Shown here: piece by piece, positions 26,816 to 41,300 of the stretch | How the letters are laid out: every line of letters starts with the position of its first letter | How positions within the stretch are numbered: the first letter of the stretch is position 1 | Notes under the pieces: model-generated | The model's database searches: none | The model's input: only the letters and a program-made list of their open reading frames with translations | Told to the model about the DNA's origin: nothing | Assembly: GCA_964016885.1 (NCBI GenBank) | Contig: OZ024741.1 | Location: 248,806,001 to 248,870,000 of the forward strand | DNA from: Eledone cirrhosa | Lineage: Eukaryota | DNA length: 64,000 nt | Direction of reading: 5' to 3' | Program-made: the position numbers and the translations under genes

Positions 26816-28669
26816 GATAATTTCCAGCCAGCCAAGGGGAGATAATTTGTAAAAAAAATCAAGGGGAGATAATTTCCAGCCAGCCAAGGGGAGATAATTT
26901 GTAAAAAAATTAGGGGGAGATAATTTGTAAAAAAAAATCAGGGGGAGATAATTTGTAAAAAAAAATCAGGGGGAGATAATTTGTAAAAAAAAATCAGGGG
27001 GAGATAATTTGTAATAAAAAAATCAGGCGGAGATAATTTGTAAACAAAAATCAGGGGGAGATAATTTGTAAAAAAAAATCAGGGGGAGATAATTTGTAAA
27101 AAAAATCAAGGGGAGATAATTTGTAAAAAAAAATCAGGGGTAGATAATTTGTAAAAAAAAATCAGGGGGAGATAATTTGTAAAAAAAAAATCAGGGGGAG
27201 ATAATTTGTAAAAAAATCAAGGGGAGATAATTTCCAGCCGTCCAAGGGGAGATAATTTTCAGCCGTCCAAGGAGAGGTAATTTCTAGCCGTCCAAGGGGA
27301 GATAATTTCCAGCCAGCCAAGGGGAGATAATTTGTAAAAAAATCAGGGGTAGATAATTTGTAAAAAAAAATCAGGGGGAGATAATTTGTAAAAAAAATCA
27401 GGGGGAGATAATTTGTAAAAAAAATCAGGGGTAGATAATTTCCAGCCGTCCAAGGGGAGATAATTTCCATCCTTCCAAGGGGAGATAATTTCCAGCCGTC
27501 CAAGGGGAGATAATTTCCCGCCAGCCAAGGAGAGATAACATTTAAAAAAATCAGGCGGAGATAATTTGTAAAAAAAATCAGGGGGAGATAATTTGTAAAA
27601 AAATCAGGGGGAGATAATTTGTAAAAAAAATCAGGGGTAGATAATTTCCAGCCGTCCAAGGGGAGATAATTTCCATCCTTCCAAGGGGAGATAATTTCCA
27701 GCCGTCCAAGGGGAGATAATTTCCCGCCAGCCAAGGAGAGATAATATTTAAAAAAATCAGGCGGAGATAATTTGTAAAAAAAATCAGGGGGAGATAATTT
27801 GTAAAAAAATCAGGGGGAGATAATTTGTAAAAAAAAATCAGGGGAGATAATTTGTAAAAAAAATCAGGGGGAGATAATTTGTAAAAAAAAATCAGGGGTA
27901 GATAATTTGTAAAAAAAATCAGGGGGAGATAATTTGTAAAAAAAAAATCAGGGGGAGATAATTTGTAAAAAAATCAAGGGGAGATAATTTCCAGCCGTCC
28001 AAGGGGAGATAATTTTCAGCCGTCCAAGGAGGTAATTTCTAGCCGTCCAAGGGGAGATAATTTCCAGCCGTCCAAGGGGAGATAATTTTTTTAAAAAAAT
28101 CAGGCGGAGATAATTTGTAAACAAAAATCAGGGGTAGATAATTTGTAAAAAAAAATCAGGGGGAGATAATTTGTAAAAAAAAATCAGGGGGAGATAATTT
28201 GTAAAAAAATCAAGGGGAGATAATTTCCAGCCGTCCAAGGGGAGATAATTTTCAGCCGTCCAAGGAGGTAATTTCTAGCCGTCCAAGGGGAGATAATTTC
28301 CAGCCGTCCAAGGGGAGATAATTTTTTAAAAAAAATCAGGCGGAGATAATTTGTAAACAAAAATCAGGGGGAGATAATTTGTAAAAAAAAATCAGCGGGA
28401 GATAATTTGTAAAAAAAAATCAGGGGGAGATAATTTGTAAAAAAAATCAAGGGGAGATAATTTCCAGCCGTCCAAGGGGAGGTAATATCTAGCCATCCAA
28501 GGGGAGATAATTTCCAGCCGTCCAAGGGGAGATAATTTCCAGCCGTCCAAGGGGAGATAATATCCAGCCGTCCAAGGAGACATATTTTCCAGCCGTCCAA
28601 GGAGAGGTAATTTCTAGCCGTCCAAGGGGAGATAAGTTCCAGCCTCCAAGGGGAGATAATTTCCAGCCA

Positions 28670-31600
28670 GCCAAGGGGAGATAATTTGTAAAAAAATCAG
28701 GGGGAGATAATTTGTAAAAAAAAAATCAGGGGGAGATAATTTGTAAAAAAATCAGGGGGAGATAATTTGTAAAAAAAAAATCAGGGGGAGATAATTTGTA
28801 AAAAAAATCAGGGGGAGATAATTTGTAGAAAAAATCAGGGGTAGATAATTTGTAAAAAAAATCAGGGGGAGATAATTTGTAAAAAAAATAAGGGGGAGAT
28901 AATTTGTAAAAAAAATCAGGGGTAGATAATTTTCAGCCGTCCAAGGGGAGATAATTTCCATCCTTCCAAGGGGAGATAATTTCCAGCCGTCCAAGGGGAG
29001 ATAATTTCCCGCCAGCCAAGGAGAGATAACATTTAAAAAAATCAGGCGGAGATAATTTGTAAAAAAAATCAGGGGGAGATAATTTGTAAAAAAATCAGGG
29101 GGAGATAATTTGTAAAAAAAATCAGGGGTAGATAATTTCCAGCCGTCCAAGGGGAGATAATTTCCATCCTTCCAAGGGGAGATAATTTCCAGCCGTCCAA
29201 GGGGAGATAATTTCCCGCCAGCCAAGGAGAGATAATATTTAAAAAAATCAGGCGGAGATAATTTGTAAAAAAAATCAGGGGGAGATAATTTGTAAAAAAA
29301 TCAGGCGGAGATAATTTGTAAAAAAAAATCAGGGGGAGATAATTTGTAAAAAAAATCAGGGGGAGATAATTTGTAAAAAAAATCAGGAGTAGATAATTTG
29401 TAAAAAAAAATCAGGGGGAGATAATTTGTAAAAAAAAAATCAGGGGGAGATAATTTGTAAAAAAATCAAGGGGAGATAATTTCCAGCCGTCCAAGGGGAG
29501 ATAATTTTCAGCCGTCCAAGGAGAGGTAATTTCTAGCCGTCCAAGGGGAGATAATTTCCAGCCGTCCAAGGGGAGATAATTTTTTTAAAAAAATCAGGCG
29601 GAGATAATTTGTAAACAAAAATCAGGGGGAGATAATTTGTAAAAAAAAATCAGGGGGAGATAATTTGTAAAAAAAAATCAGGGGGAGATAATTTGTAAAA
29701 AAAATCAAGGGGAGATAATTTCCAGCCGTCCAAGGGGAGGTAATATCTAGCGATCCAAGGGGAGATAATTTCCAGCCGTCCAAGGGGAGATAATTTCCAG
29801 CCGTCCAAGGGGAGATAATATCCAGCCGTCCAAGGAGACATATTTTCCAGCCGTCCAAGGAGAGGTAATTTCTAGCCGTCCAAGGGGAGATAAGTTCCAG
29901 CCTCCAAGGGGAGATAATTTCCAGCCAGCCAAGGGGAGATAATTTGTAAAAAAATCAGGGGGAGATAATTTGTAAAAAAAAAATCAGGGGGAGATAATTT
30001 GTAAAAAAATCAGGGGGAGATAATTTGTAAAAAAAAATCAGGGGGAGATAATTTGTAAAAAAATCAGGGGGAGATAATTTGTAGAAAAAATCAGGGGTAG
30101 ATAATTTGTAAAAAAAATCAGGGGGAGATAATTTGTAAAAAAAATCAGGGGGAGATAATTTGTAAAAAAAATCAGGGGTAGATAATTTTCAGCCGTCCAA
30201 GGGGAGATAATTTCCATCCTTCCAAGGGGAGATAATTTCCAGCCGTCCAAGGGGAGATAATTTCCCGCCAGCCAAGGAGAGATAACATTTAAAAAAATCA
30301 GGCGGAGATAATTTGTAAAAAAAATCAGTGGGAGATAATTTGTAAAAAAATCAGGGGGAGATAATTTGTAAAAAAAATCAGGTGTAGATAATTTCCAGCC
30401 GTCCAAGGGGAGATAATTTCCATCCTTCCAAGGGGAGATAATTTCCAGCCGTCCAAGGGGAGATAATTTCCCGCCAGCCAAGGAGAGATAATATTTAAAA
30501 AAATCAGGCGGAGATAATTTGTAAAAAAAATCAGGGGGAGATAATTTGTAAAAAAATCAGGGGGAGATAATTTGTAAAAAAAAATCAGGGGGAGATAATT
30601 TGTAAAAATATCAGGGGGAGATAATTTGTAAAAAAAATCAGGGGTAGATAATTTGTAAAAAAAAATCAGGGGGAGATAATTTGTAAAAAAAAAATCAGGG
30701 GGAGATAATTTGTAAAAAAATCAAGGGGAGATAATTTCCAGCCGTCCAAGGGGAGATAATTTTCAGCCGTCCAAGGAGAGGTAATTTCTAGCCGTCCAAG
30801 GGGAGATAATTTCCAGCCGTCCAAGGGGAGATAATTTTTTTTAAAAAATCAGGCGGAGATAATTTGTAAACAAAAATCAGGGGGAGATAATTTGTAAAAA
30901 AAAATCAGGGGGAGATAATTTGTAAAAAAAAATCAGGGGGAGATAATTTCCAGCCGTCCAAGGGGAGGTAATATCTAGCCATCCAAGGGGAGATAATTTC
31001 CAGCCGTCCAAGGGGAGATAATTTCCAGCCGTCCAAGGGGAGATAATATCCAGCCGTCCAAGGAGACATATTTTCCAGCCGTCCAAGGAGAGGTAATTTC
31101 TAGCCGTCCAAGGGGAGATAAGTTCCTGCCTCCAAGGGGAGATAATTTCCAGCCAGCCAAGGGGAGATAATTTGTAAAAAAATCAGGGGGAGATAATTTG
31201 TAAAAAAAAAATCAGGGGGAGATAATTTGTAAAAAAATCAGGGGGAGATAATTTGTAAAAAAAAAATCAGGGGGAGATAATTTGTAAAAAAAATCAGGGG
31301 GAGATAATTTGTAAAAAAAATCAGGGGTAGATAATTTGTAAAAAAAATCAGGGGGAGATAATTTGTAAAAAAAATCAGGGGGAGATAATTTGTAAAAAAA
31401 ATCAGGGGTAGATAATTTTCAGCCCTCCAAGGGGAGATAATTTCCATCCTTCCAAGGGGAGATAATTTCCAGCCGTCCAAGGGGAGATAATTTCCCGCCA
31501 GCCAAGGAGAGATAACATTTAAAAAAATCAGGCGGAGATAATTTGTAAAAAAAATCAGGGGGAGATAATTTGTAAAAAAATCAGGGGGAGATAATTTGTA

Positions 31601-34600
31601 AAAAAAATCAGGGGTAGATAATTTCCAGCCGTCCAAGGGGAGATAATTTCCATCCTTCCAAGGGGAGATAATTTCCAGCCGTCCAAGGGGAGATAATTTC
31701 CCGCCAGCCAAGGAGAGATAATATTAAAAAAAATCAGGCGGAGATAATTTGTAAAAAAAATCAGGGGGAGATAATTTGTAAAAAAATCAGGGGGAGATAA
31801 TTTGTAAAAAAAAATCAGGGGGAGATAATTTGTAAAAAAAATCAGGGGGAGATAATTTGTAAAAAAAAATCAGGGGTAGATAATTTGTAAAAAAAAATCA
31901 GGGGGAGATAATTTGTAAAAAAAAATCAGGGGGAGATAATTTGTAAAAAAATCAAGGGGAGATAATTTCCAGCCGTCCAAGGGGAGATAATTTTCAGCCG
32001 TCCAAGGAGAGGTAATTTCTAGCCGTCCAAGGGGAGATAATTTCCAGCCGTCCAAGGGGAGATAATTTTTTTAAAAAAATCAGGCGGAGATAATTTGTAA
32101 ACAAAAATCAGGGGGAGATAATTTGTAAAAAAAAATCAGGGGGAGATAATTTGTAAAAAAAAATCAGGGGGAGATAATTTGTAAAAAAAATCAAGGGGAG
32201 ATAATTTCCAGCCGTCCAAGGGGAGGTAATATCTAGCCATCCAAGGGGAGATAATTTCCAGCCGTCCAAGGGGAGATAATATCCAGCCGTCCAAGGAGAC
32301 ATATTTTCCAGCCGTCCAAGGAGACGTAATTTCTAGCCGTCCAAGGGGAGATAAGTTCCAGCCTCCAAGGGGAGATAATTTCCAGCCAGCCAAGGGGAGA
32401 TAATTTGTAAAAAAATTAGGGGGAGATAATTTGTAAAAAAAAATCAGGGGGAGATAATTTGTAAAAAAAAATCAGGGGGAGATAATTTGTAAAAAAAAAT
32501 CAGGGGGAGATAATTTGTAAAAAAAAAATCAGGCGGAGATAATTTGTAAAAAAATCAAGGGGAGATAATTTCCAGCCGTCCAAGGGGAGATAATTTTCAG
32601 CCGTCCAAGGAGAGGTAATTTCTAGCCGTCCAAGGGGAGATAATTTCCAGCCGTCCAAGGGGAGATAATTTTTTTAAAAAAATCAGGCGGAGATAATTTG
32701 TAAACAAAAATCAGGGGGAGATAATTTGTAAAAAAAAATCAGGGGGAGATAATTTGTAAAAAAAATCAGGGGGAGATAATTTGTAAAAAAAATCAAGGGG
32801 AGATAATTTGTAAAAAAAAATCAGGGGTAGATAATTTGTAAAAAAAAATCAGGGGGAGATAATTTGTAAAAAAAAAATCAGGGGGAGATAATTTGTAAAA
32901 AAATCAAGGGGAGATAATTTCCAGCCGTCCAAGGGGAGATAATTTTCAGTCGTCCAAGGAGAGGTAATTTCTAGCCGTCCAAGGGGAGATAATTTCCAGC
33001 CAGCCAAGGGGAGATAATTTGTAAAAAAATCAGGGGTAGATAATTTGTAAAAAAAAATCAGGGGGAGATAATTTGTAAAAAAAATCAGGGGGAGATAATT
33101 TCTAAAAAAAATCAGGGGTAGATAATTTCCAGCCGTCCAAGGGGAGATAATTTCCATCCTTCCAAGGGGAGATAATTTCCAGCCGTCCAAGGGGAGATAA
33201 TTTCCCGCCAGCCAAGGAGAGATAACATTTAAAAAAATCAGGCGGAGATAATTTGTAAAAAAAATCAGGGGGAGATAATTTGTAAAAAAATCAGGGGGAG
33301 ATAATTTTTAAAAAAAATCAGGGGTAGATAATTTCCAGCCGTCCAAGGGGAGATAATTTCCATCCTTCCAAGGGGAGATAATTTCCAGCCGTCCAAGGGG
33401 AGATAATTTCCCGCCAGCCAAGGAGAGATAATATTTAAAAAAATCAGGCGGAGATAATTTGTAAAAAAAATCAGGGGGAGATAATTTGTAAAAAAATCAG
33501 GGGGAGATAATTTGTAAAAAAAAATCAGGGGAGATAATTTGTAAAAAAAATCAGGGGGAGATAATTTGTAAAAAAAAATCAGGGGTAGATAATTTGTAAA
33601 AAAAATCAGGGGGAGATAATTTGTAAAAAAAAAATCAGGGGGAGATAATTTGTAAAAAAATCAAGGGGAGATAATTTCCAGCCGTCCAAGGGGAGATAAT
33701 TTTCAGCCGTCCAAGGAGGTAATTTCTAGCCGTCCAAGGGGAGATAATTTCCAGCCGTCCAAGGGGAGATAATTTTTTTAAAAAATCAGGCGGAGATAAT
33801 TTGTAAACAAAAATCAGGGGGAGATAATTTGTAAAAAAAAATCAGGGGGAGATAATTTGTAAAAAAAAATCAGGGGGAGATAATTTGTAAAAAAATCAAG
33901 GGGAGATAATTTCCAGCCGTCCAAGGGGAGGTAATATCTAGCCATCCAAGGGGAGATAATTTCCAGCCGTCCAAGGGGAGATAATTTCCAGCCGTCCAAG
34001 GGGAGATAATATCCAGCCGTCCAAGGAGACATATTTTCCAGCCGTCCAAGGAGAGGTAATTTCTAGCCGTCCAAGGGGAGATAAGTTCCAGCCTCCAAGG
34101 GGAGATAATTTCCAGCCAGCCAAGGGGAGATAATTTGTAAAAAAATCAGGGGGAGATAATTTGTAAAAAAAAAATCAGAGGGAGATAATTTGTAAAAAAA
34201 TCAGGGGGAGATAATTTGTAAAAAAAAAATCAGGGGGAGATAATTTGTAAAAAAAATCAGGGGGAGATAATTTGTAGAAAAAATCAGGGGTAGATAATTT
34301 GTAAAAAAAATCAGGGGGAGATAATTTGTAAAAAAAATCAGGGGGAGATAATTTGTAAAAAAAATCAGGGGTAGATAATTTTCAGCCGTCCAAGGGGAGA
34401 TAATTTCCATCCTTCCAAGGGGAGATAATTTCCAGCCGTCCAAGGGGAGATAATTTCCCGCCAGCCAAGGAGAGATAACATTTAAAAAAATCAGGCGGAG
34501 ATAATTTGTAAAAAAAATCAGGGGGAGATAATTTGTAAAAAAATCAGGGGGAGATAATTTGTAAAAAAAATCAGGGGTAGATAATTTCCAGCCGTCCAAG

Positions 34601-37600
34601 GGGAGATAATTTCCATCCTTCCAAGGGGAGATAATTTCCAGCCGTCCAAGGGGAGATAATTTCCCGCCAGCCAAGGAGAGATAATATTTAAAAAAATCAG
34701 GCGGAGATAATTTGTAAAAAAAATCAGGGGGAGATAATTTGTAAAAAAATCAGGGGGAGATAATTTGTAAAAAAAAATCAGGGGGAGATAATTTCTAAAA
34801 AAAAATCAGGGGGAGATAATTTGTAAAAAAAATCAGGGGTAGATAATTTGTAAAAAAAAATCAGGGGGAGATAATTTGTAAAAAAAAAATCAGGGGGAGA
34901 TAATTTGTAAAAAAATCAAGGGGAGATAATTTCCAGCCGTCCAAGGGGAGATAATTTTCAGCCGTCCAAGGAGAGGTAATTTCTAGCCGTCCAAGGGGAG
35001 ATAATTTCCAGCCGTCCAAGGGGAGATAATTTTTTTAAAAAAATCAGGCGGAGATAATTTGTAAACAAAAATCAGGGGGAGATAATTTGTAAAAAAAAAT
35101 CAGGGGGAGATAATTTGTAAAAAAAAATCAGGGGGAGATAATTTGTAAAAAAAATCAAGGGGAGATAATTTCCAGCCGTCCAAGGGGAGGTAATATCTAG
35201 CCATCCAAGGGGAGATAATTTCCAGCCGTCCAAGGGGAGATAATTTCCAGCCGTCCAAGGGGAGATAATATCCAGCCGTCCAAGGAGACATATTTTCCAG
35301 CCGTCCAAGGAGAGGTAATTTCTAGCCGTCCAAGGGGAGATAAGTTCCAGCCTCCAAGGGGAGATAATTTCCAGCCAGCCAAGGGGAGATAATTTGTAAA
35401 AAAATCAGGGGGAGATAATTTGTAAAAAAAAAATCAGGGGGAGATAATTTGTAAAAAAAATCAGGGGGAGATAATTTGTAAAAAAAATCAGGGGTAGATA
35501 ATTTGTAAAAAAAATCAGGGGTAGATAATTTTCAGCCGTCCAAGGGGAGATAATTTCCATCCTTCCAAGGGGAGATAATTTCCAGCCGTCCAAGGGGAGA
35601 TAATTTCCCGCCAACCAAGGGGAGATAATTTGTAAAAAAATCAGGGGGAGATAATTTGTAAAAAAAAAATCAGGGGGAGATAATTTGTAAAAAAATCAGG
35701 GGGAGATAATTTGTAAAAAAAAAATCAGGGGGAGATAATTTGTAAAAAAAATCAGGGGGAGATAATTTGTAGAAAAAATCAGGGGTAGATAATTTGTAAA
35801 AAAAATCAGGGGGAGATAATTTGTAAAAAAAATAAGGGGGAGATAATTTGTAAAAAAAATCAGGGGTAGATAATTTTCAGCCGTCCAAGGGGAGATAATT
35901 TCCATCCTTCCAAGGGGAGATAATTTCCAGCCGTCCAAGGGGAGATAATTTCCCGCCAGCCAAGGAGAGATAACATTTAAAAAAATCAGGCGGAGATAAT
36001 TTGTAAAAAAAATCAGGGGGAGATAATTTGTAAAAAAATCAGGGGGAGATAATTTGTAAAAAAAATCAGGGGTAGATAATTTCCAGCCGTCCAAGGGGAG
36101 ATAATTTCCATCCTTCCAAGGGGAGATAATTTCCAGCCGTCCAAGGGGAGATAATTTCCCGCCAGCCAAGGAGAGATAATATTTAAAAAAATCAGGCGGA
36201 GATAATTTGTAAAAAAAATCAGGGGGAGATAATTTGTAAAAAAATCAGGCGGAGATAATTTGTAAAAAAAAATCAGGGGGAGATAATTTGTAAAAAAAAT
36301 CAGGGGGAGATAATTTGTAAAAAAAATCAGGAGTAGATAATTTGTAAAAAAAAATCAGGGGGAGATAATTTGTAAAAAAAAAATCAGGGGGAGATAATTT
36401 GTAAAAAAATCAAGGGGAGATAATTTCCAGCCGTCCAAGGGGAGATAATTTTCAGCCGTCCAAGGAGAGGTAATTTCTAGCCGTCCAAGGGGAGATAATT
36501 TCCAGCCGTCCAAGGGGAGATAATTTTTTTAAAAAAATCAGGCGGAGATAATTTGTAAACAAAAATCAGGGGGAGATAATTTGTAAAAAAAAATCAGGCG
36601 GAGATAATTTGTAAAAAAAAATCAGGGGGAGATAATTTGTAAAAAAAATCAAGGGGAGATAATTTCCAGCCGTCCAAGGGGAGGTAATATCTAGCGATCC
36701 AAGGGGAGATAATTTCCAGCCGTCCAAGGGGAGATAATTTCCAGCCGTCCAAGGGGAGATAATATCCAGCCGTCCAAGGAGACATATTTTCCAGCCGTCC
36801 AAGGAGAGGTAATTTCTAGCCGTCCAAGGGGAGATAAGTTCCAGCCTCCAAGGGGAGATAATTTCCAGCCAGCCAAGGGGAGATAATTTGTAAAAAAATC
36901 AGGGGGAGATAATTTGTAAAAAAAAAATCAGGGGGAGATAATTTGTAAAAAAATCAGGGGGAGATAATTTGTAAAAAAAAATCAGGGGGAGATAATTTGT
37001 AAAAAAATCAGGGGGAGATAATTTGTAGAAAAAATCAGGGGTAGATAATTTGTAAAAAAAATCAGGGGGAGATAATTTGTAAAAAAAATCAGGGGGAGAT
37101 AATTTGTAAAAAAAATCAGGGGTAGATAATTTTCAGCCGTCCAAGGGGAGATAATTTCCCGCCAGCCAAGGAGAGATAACATTTAAAAAAATCAGGCGGA
37201 GATAATTTGTAAAAAAAATCAGGGGGAGATAATTTGTAAAAAAATCAGGGGGAGATAATTTGTAAAAAAAATCAGGTGTAGATAATTTCCAGCCGTCCAA
37301 GGGGAGATAATTTCCATCCTTCCAAGGGGAGATAATTTCCAGCCGTCCAAGGGGAGATAATTTCCCGCCAGCCAAGGAGAGATAATATTTAAAAAAATCA
37401 GGCGGAGATAATTTGTAAAAAAAATCAGGGGGAGATAATTTGTAAAAAAATCAGGGGGAGATAATTTGTAAAAAAAATCAGGGGTAGATAATTTCCAGCC
37501 GTCCAAGGGGAGATAATTTCCATCCTTCCAAGGGGAGATAATTTCCAGCCGTCCAAGGGGAGATAATTTCCCGCCAGCCAAGGAGAGATAATATTTAAAA

Positions 37601-40600
37601 AAATCAGGCGGAGATAATTTGTAAAAAAAATCAGGGGGAGATAATTTGTAAAAAAATCAGGGGGAGATAATTTGTAAAAAAAAATCAGGGGGAGATAATT
37701 TGTAAAAAAAATCAGGGGGAGATAATTTGTAAAAAAAAATCAGGGGTAGATAATTTGTAAAAAAAAATCAGGGGGAGATAATTTGTAAAAAAAAATCAGG
37801 GGGAGATAATTTGTAAAAAAATCAAGGGGAGATAATTTCCAGCCGTCCAAGGGGAGATAATTTTCAGCCGTCCAAGGAGAGGTAATTTCTAGCCGTCCAA
37901 GGGGAGATAATTTCCAGCCGTCCAAGGGGAGATAATTTTTTTAAAAAAATCAGGCGGAGATAATTTGTAAACAAAAATCAGGGGGAGATAATTTGTAAAA
38001 AAAAATCAGGGGGAGATAATTTGTAAAAAAAAATCAGGGGGAGATAATTTGTAAAAAAAATCAAGGGGAGATAATTTCCAGCCGTCCAAGGGGAGGTAAT
38101 ATCTAGCCATCCAAGGGGAGATAATTTCCAGCCGTCCAAGGGGAGATAATATCCAGCCGTCCAAGGAGACATATTTTCCAGCCGTCCAAGGAGACGTAAT
38201 TTCTAGCCGTCCAAGGGGAGATAAGTTCCAGCCTCCAAGGGGAGATAATTTCCAGCCAGCCAAGGGGAGATAATTTGTAAAAAAATTAGGGGGAGATAAT
38301 TTGTAAAAAAAAATCAGGGGGAGATAATTTGTAAAAAAAAATCAGGGGGAGATAATTTGTAAAAAAAAATCAGGGGGAGATAATTTGTAAAAAAAAAATC
38401 AGGCGGAGATAATTTTTAAAAAAATCAAGGGGAGATAATTTCCAGCCGTCCAAGGGGAGATAATTTTTAGCCGTCCAAGGAGAGGTAATTTCTAGCCGTC
38501 CAAGGGGAGATAATTTCCAGCCGTCCAAGGGGAGATAATTTTTTTAAAAAAATCAGGCGGAGATAATTTGTAAACAAAAATCAGGGGGAGATAATTTGTA
38601 AAAAAAAATCAGGGGGAGATAATTTGTAAAAAAAATCAGGGGGAGATAATTTGTAAAAAAAATCAAGGGGAGATAATTTGTAAAAAAAAATCAGGGGTAG
38701 ATAATTTGTAAAAAAAAATCAGGGGGAGATAATTTGTAAAAAAAAAATCAGGGGGAGATAATTTGTAAAAAAATCAAGGGGAGATAATTTCCAGCCGTCC
38801 AAGGGGAGATAATTTTCAGCCGTCCAAGGAGAGGTAATTTCTAGCCGTCCAAGGGGAGATAATTTCCAGCCAGCCAAGGGGAGATAATTTGTAAAAAAAT
38901 CAGGGGTAGATAATTTGTAAAAAAAAATCAGGGGGAGATAATTTGTAAAAAAAATCAGGGGGAGATAATTTCTAAAAAAAATCAGGGGTAGATAATTTCC
39001 AGCCGTCCAAGGGGAGATAATTTCCATCCTTCCAAGGGGAGATAATTTCCAGCCGTCCAAGGGGAGATAATTTCCCGCCAGCCAAGGAGAGATAACATTT
39101 AAAAAAATCAGGCGGAGATAATTTGTAAAAAAAATCAGGGGGAGATAATTTGTAAAAAAATCAGGGGGAGATAATTTTTAAAAAAAATCAGGGGTAGATA
39201 ATTTCCAGCCGTCCAAGGGGAGATAATTTCCATCCTTCCAAGGGGAGATAATTTCCAGCCGTCCAAGGGGAGATAATTTCCCGCCAGCCAAGGAGAGATA
39301 ATATTTAAAAAAATCAGGCGGAGATAATTTGTAAAAAAAATCAGGGGGAGATAATTTGTAAAAAAATCAGGGGGAGATAATTTGTAAAAAAAAATCAGGG
39401 GAGATAATTTGTAAAAAAAATCAGGGGGAGATAATTTGTAAAAAAAAATCAGGGGTAGATAATTTGTAAAAAAAATCAGGGGGAGATAATTTGTAAAAAA
39501 AAAATCAGGGGGAGATAATTTGTAAAAAAATCAAGGGGAGATAATTTCCAGCCGTCCAAGGGGAGATAATTTTCAGCCGTCCAAGGAGGTAATTTCTAGC
39601 CGTCCAAGGGGAGATAATTTCCAGCCGTCCAAGGGGAGATAATTTTTTTAAAAAATCAGGCGAAGATAATTTGTAAACAAAAATCAGGGGGAGATAATTT
39701 GTAAAAAAAAATCAGGGGGAGATAATTTGTAAAAAAAAATCAGGGGGAGATAATTTGTAAAAAAATCAAGGGGAGATAATTTCCAGCCGTCCAAGGGGAG
39801 GTAATATCTAGCCATCCAAGGGGAGATAATTTCCAGCCGTCCAAAGGGAGATAATTTCCAGCCGTCCAAGGGGAGATAATATCCAGCCGTCCAAGGAGAC
39901 ATATTTTCCAGCCGTCCAAGGAGAGGTAATTTCTAGCCGTCCAAGGGGAGATAAGTTCCAGCCTCCAAGGGGAGATAATTTCCAGCCAGCCAAGGGGAGA
40001 TAATTTGTAAAAAAATCAGGGGGAGATAATTTGTAAAAAAAAAATCAGAGGGAGATAATTTGTAAAAAAATCAGGGGGAGATAATTTGTAAAAAAAAAAT
40101 CAGGGGGAGATAATTTGTAAAAAAAATCAGGGGGAGATAATTTGTAGAAAAAATCAGGGGTAGATAATTTGTAAAAAAAATCAGGGGGAGATAATTTGTA
40201 AAAAAAATCAGGGGGAGATAATTTGTAAAAAAAATCAGGGGTAGATAATTTTCAGCCGTCCAAGGGGAGATAATTTCCATCCTTCCAAGGGGAGATAATT
40301 TCCAGCCGTCCAAGGGGAGATAATTTCCCGCCAGCCAAGGAGAGATAACATTTAAAAAAATCAGGCGGAGATAATTTGTAAAAAAAATCAGGGGGAGATA
40401 ATTTGTAAAAAAATCAGGGGGAGATAATTTGTAAAAAAAATCAGGGGTAGATAATTTCCAGCCGTCCAAGGGGAGATAATTTCCATCCTTCCAAGGGGAG
40501 ATAATTTCCAGCCGTCCAAGGGGAGATAATTTCCCGCCAGCCAAGGAGAGATAATATTTAAAAAAATCAGGCGGAGATAATTTGTAAAAAAAATCAGGGG

Positions 40601-41300
40601 GAGATAATTTGTAAAAAAATCAGGGGGAGATAATTTGTAAAAAAAAATCAGGGGGAGATAATTTGTAAAAAAAATCAGGGGGAGATAATTTGTAAAAAAA
40701 ATCAGGGGTAGATAATTTGTAAAAAAAAATCAGGGGGAGATAATTTGTAAAAAAAAAATCAGGGGGAGATAATTTGTAAAAAAATCAAGGGGAGATAATT
40801 TCCAGCCGTCCAAGGGGAGATAATTTTCAGCCGTCCAAGGAGAGGTAATTTCTAGCCGTCCAAGGGGAGATAATTTCCAGCCGTCCAAGGGGAGATAATT
40901 TTTTTAAAAAAATCAGGCGGAGATAATTTGTAAACAAAAATCAGGGGGAGATAATTTGTAAAAAAAAATCAGGGGGAGATAATTTGTAAAAAAAAATCAG
41001 GGGGAGATAATTTGTAAAAAAAATCAAGGGGAGATAATTTCCAGCCGTCCAAGGGGAGGTAATATCTAGCCATCCAAGGGGAGATAATTTCCAGCCGTCC
41101 AAGGGGAGATAATTTCCAGCCGTCCAAGGGGAGATAATATCCAGCCGTCCAAGGAGACATATTTTCCAGCCGTCCAAGGAGAGGTAATTTCTAGCCGTCC
41201 AAGGGGAGATAAGTTCCAGCCTCCAAGGGGAGATAATTTCCAGCCAGCCAAGGGGAGATAATTTGTAAAAAAATCAGGGGGAGATAATTTGTAAAAAAAA
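28670..41300 (+). repeat. Tandem duplication of 6,944 bp whose second copy is shorter by internal 50-bp and ~1,024-bp gaps (offsets 6,944, 6,894, 5,870)
   Basis: Offsets 28752/35696 and 29622/36566 (6,944), then 31870/37740, 32849/38719 and 34201/40071 (5,870). Shared rare variants AATAAGGGG, CAGGAGTAG, TAGCGATCC, CAGGTGTAG, TTTCTAAAAA and CAGAGGGAG. Confidence 0.85.
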
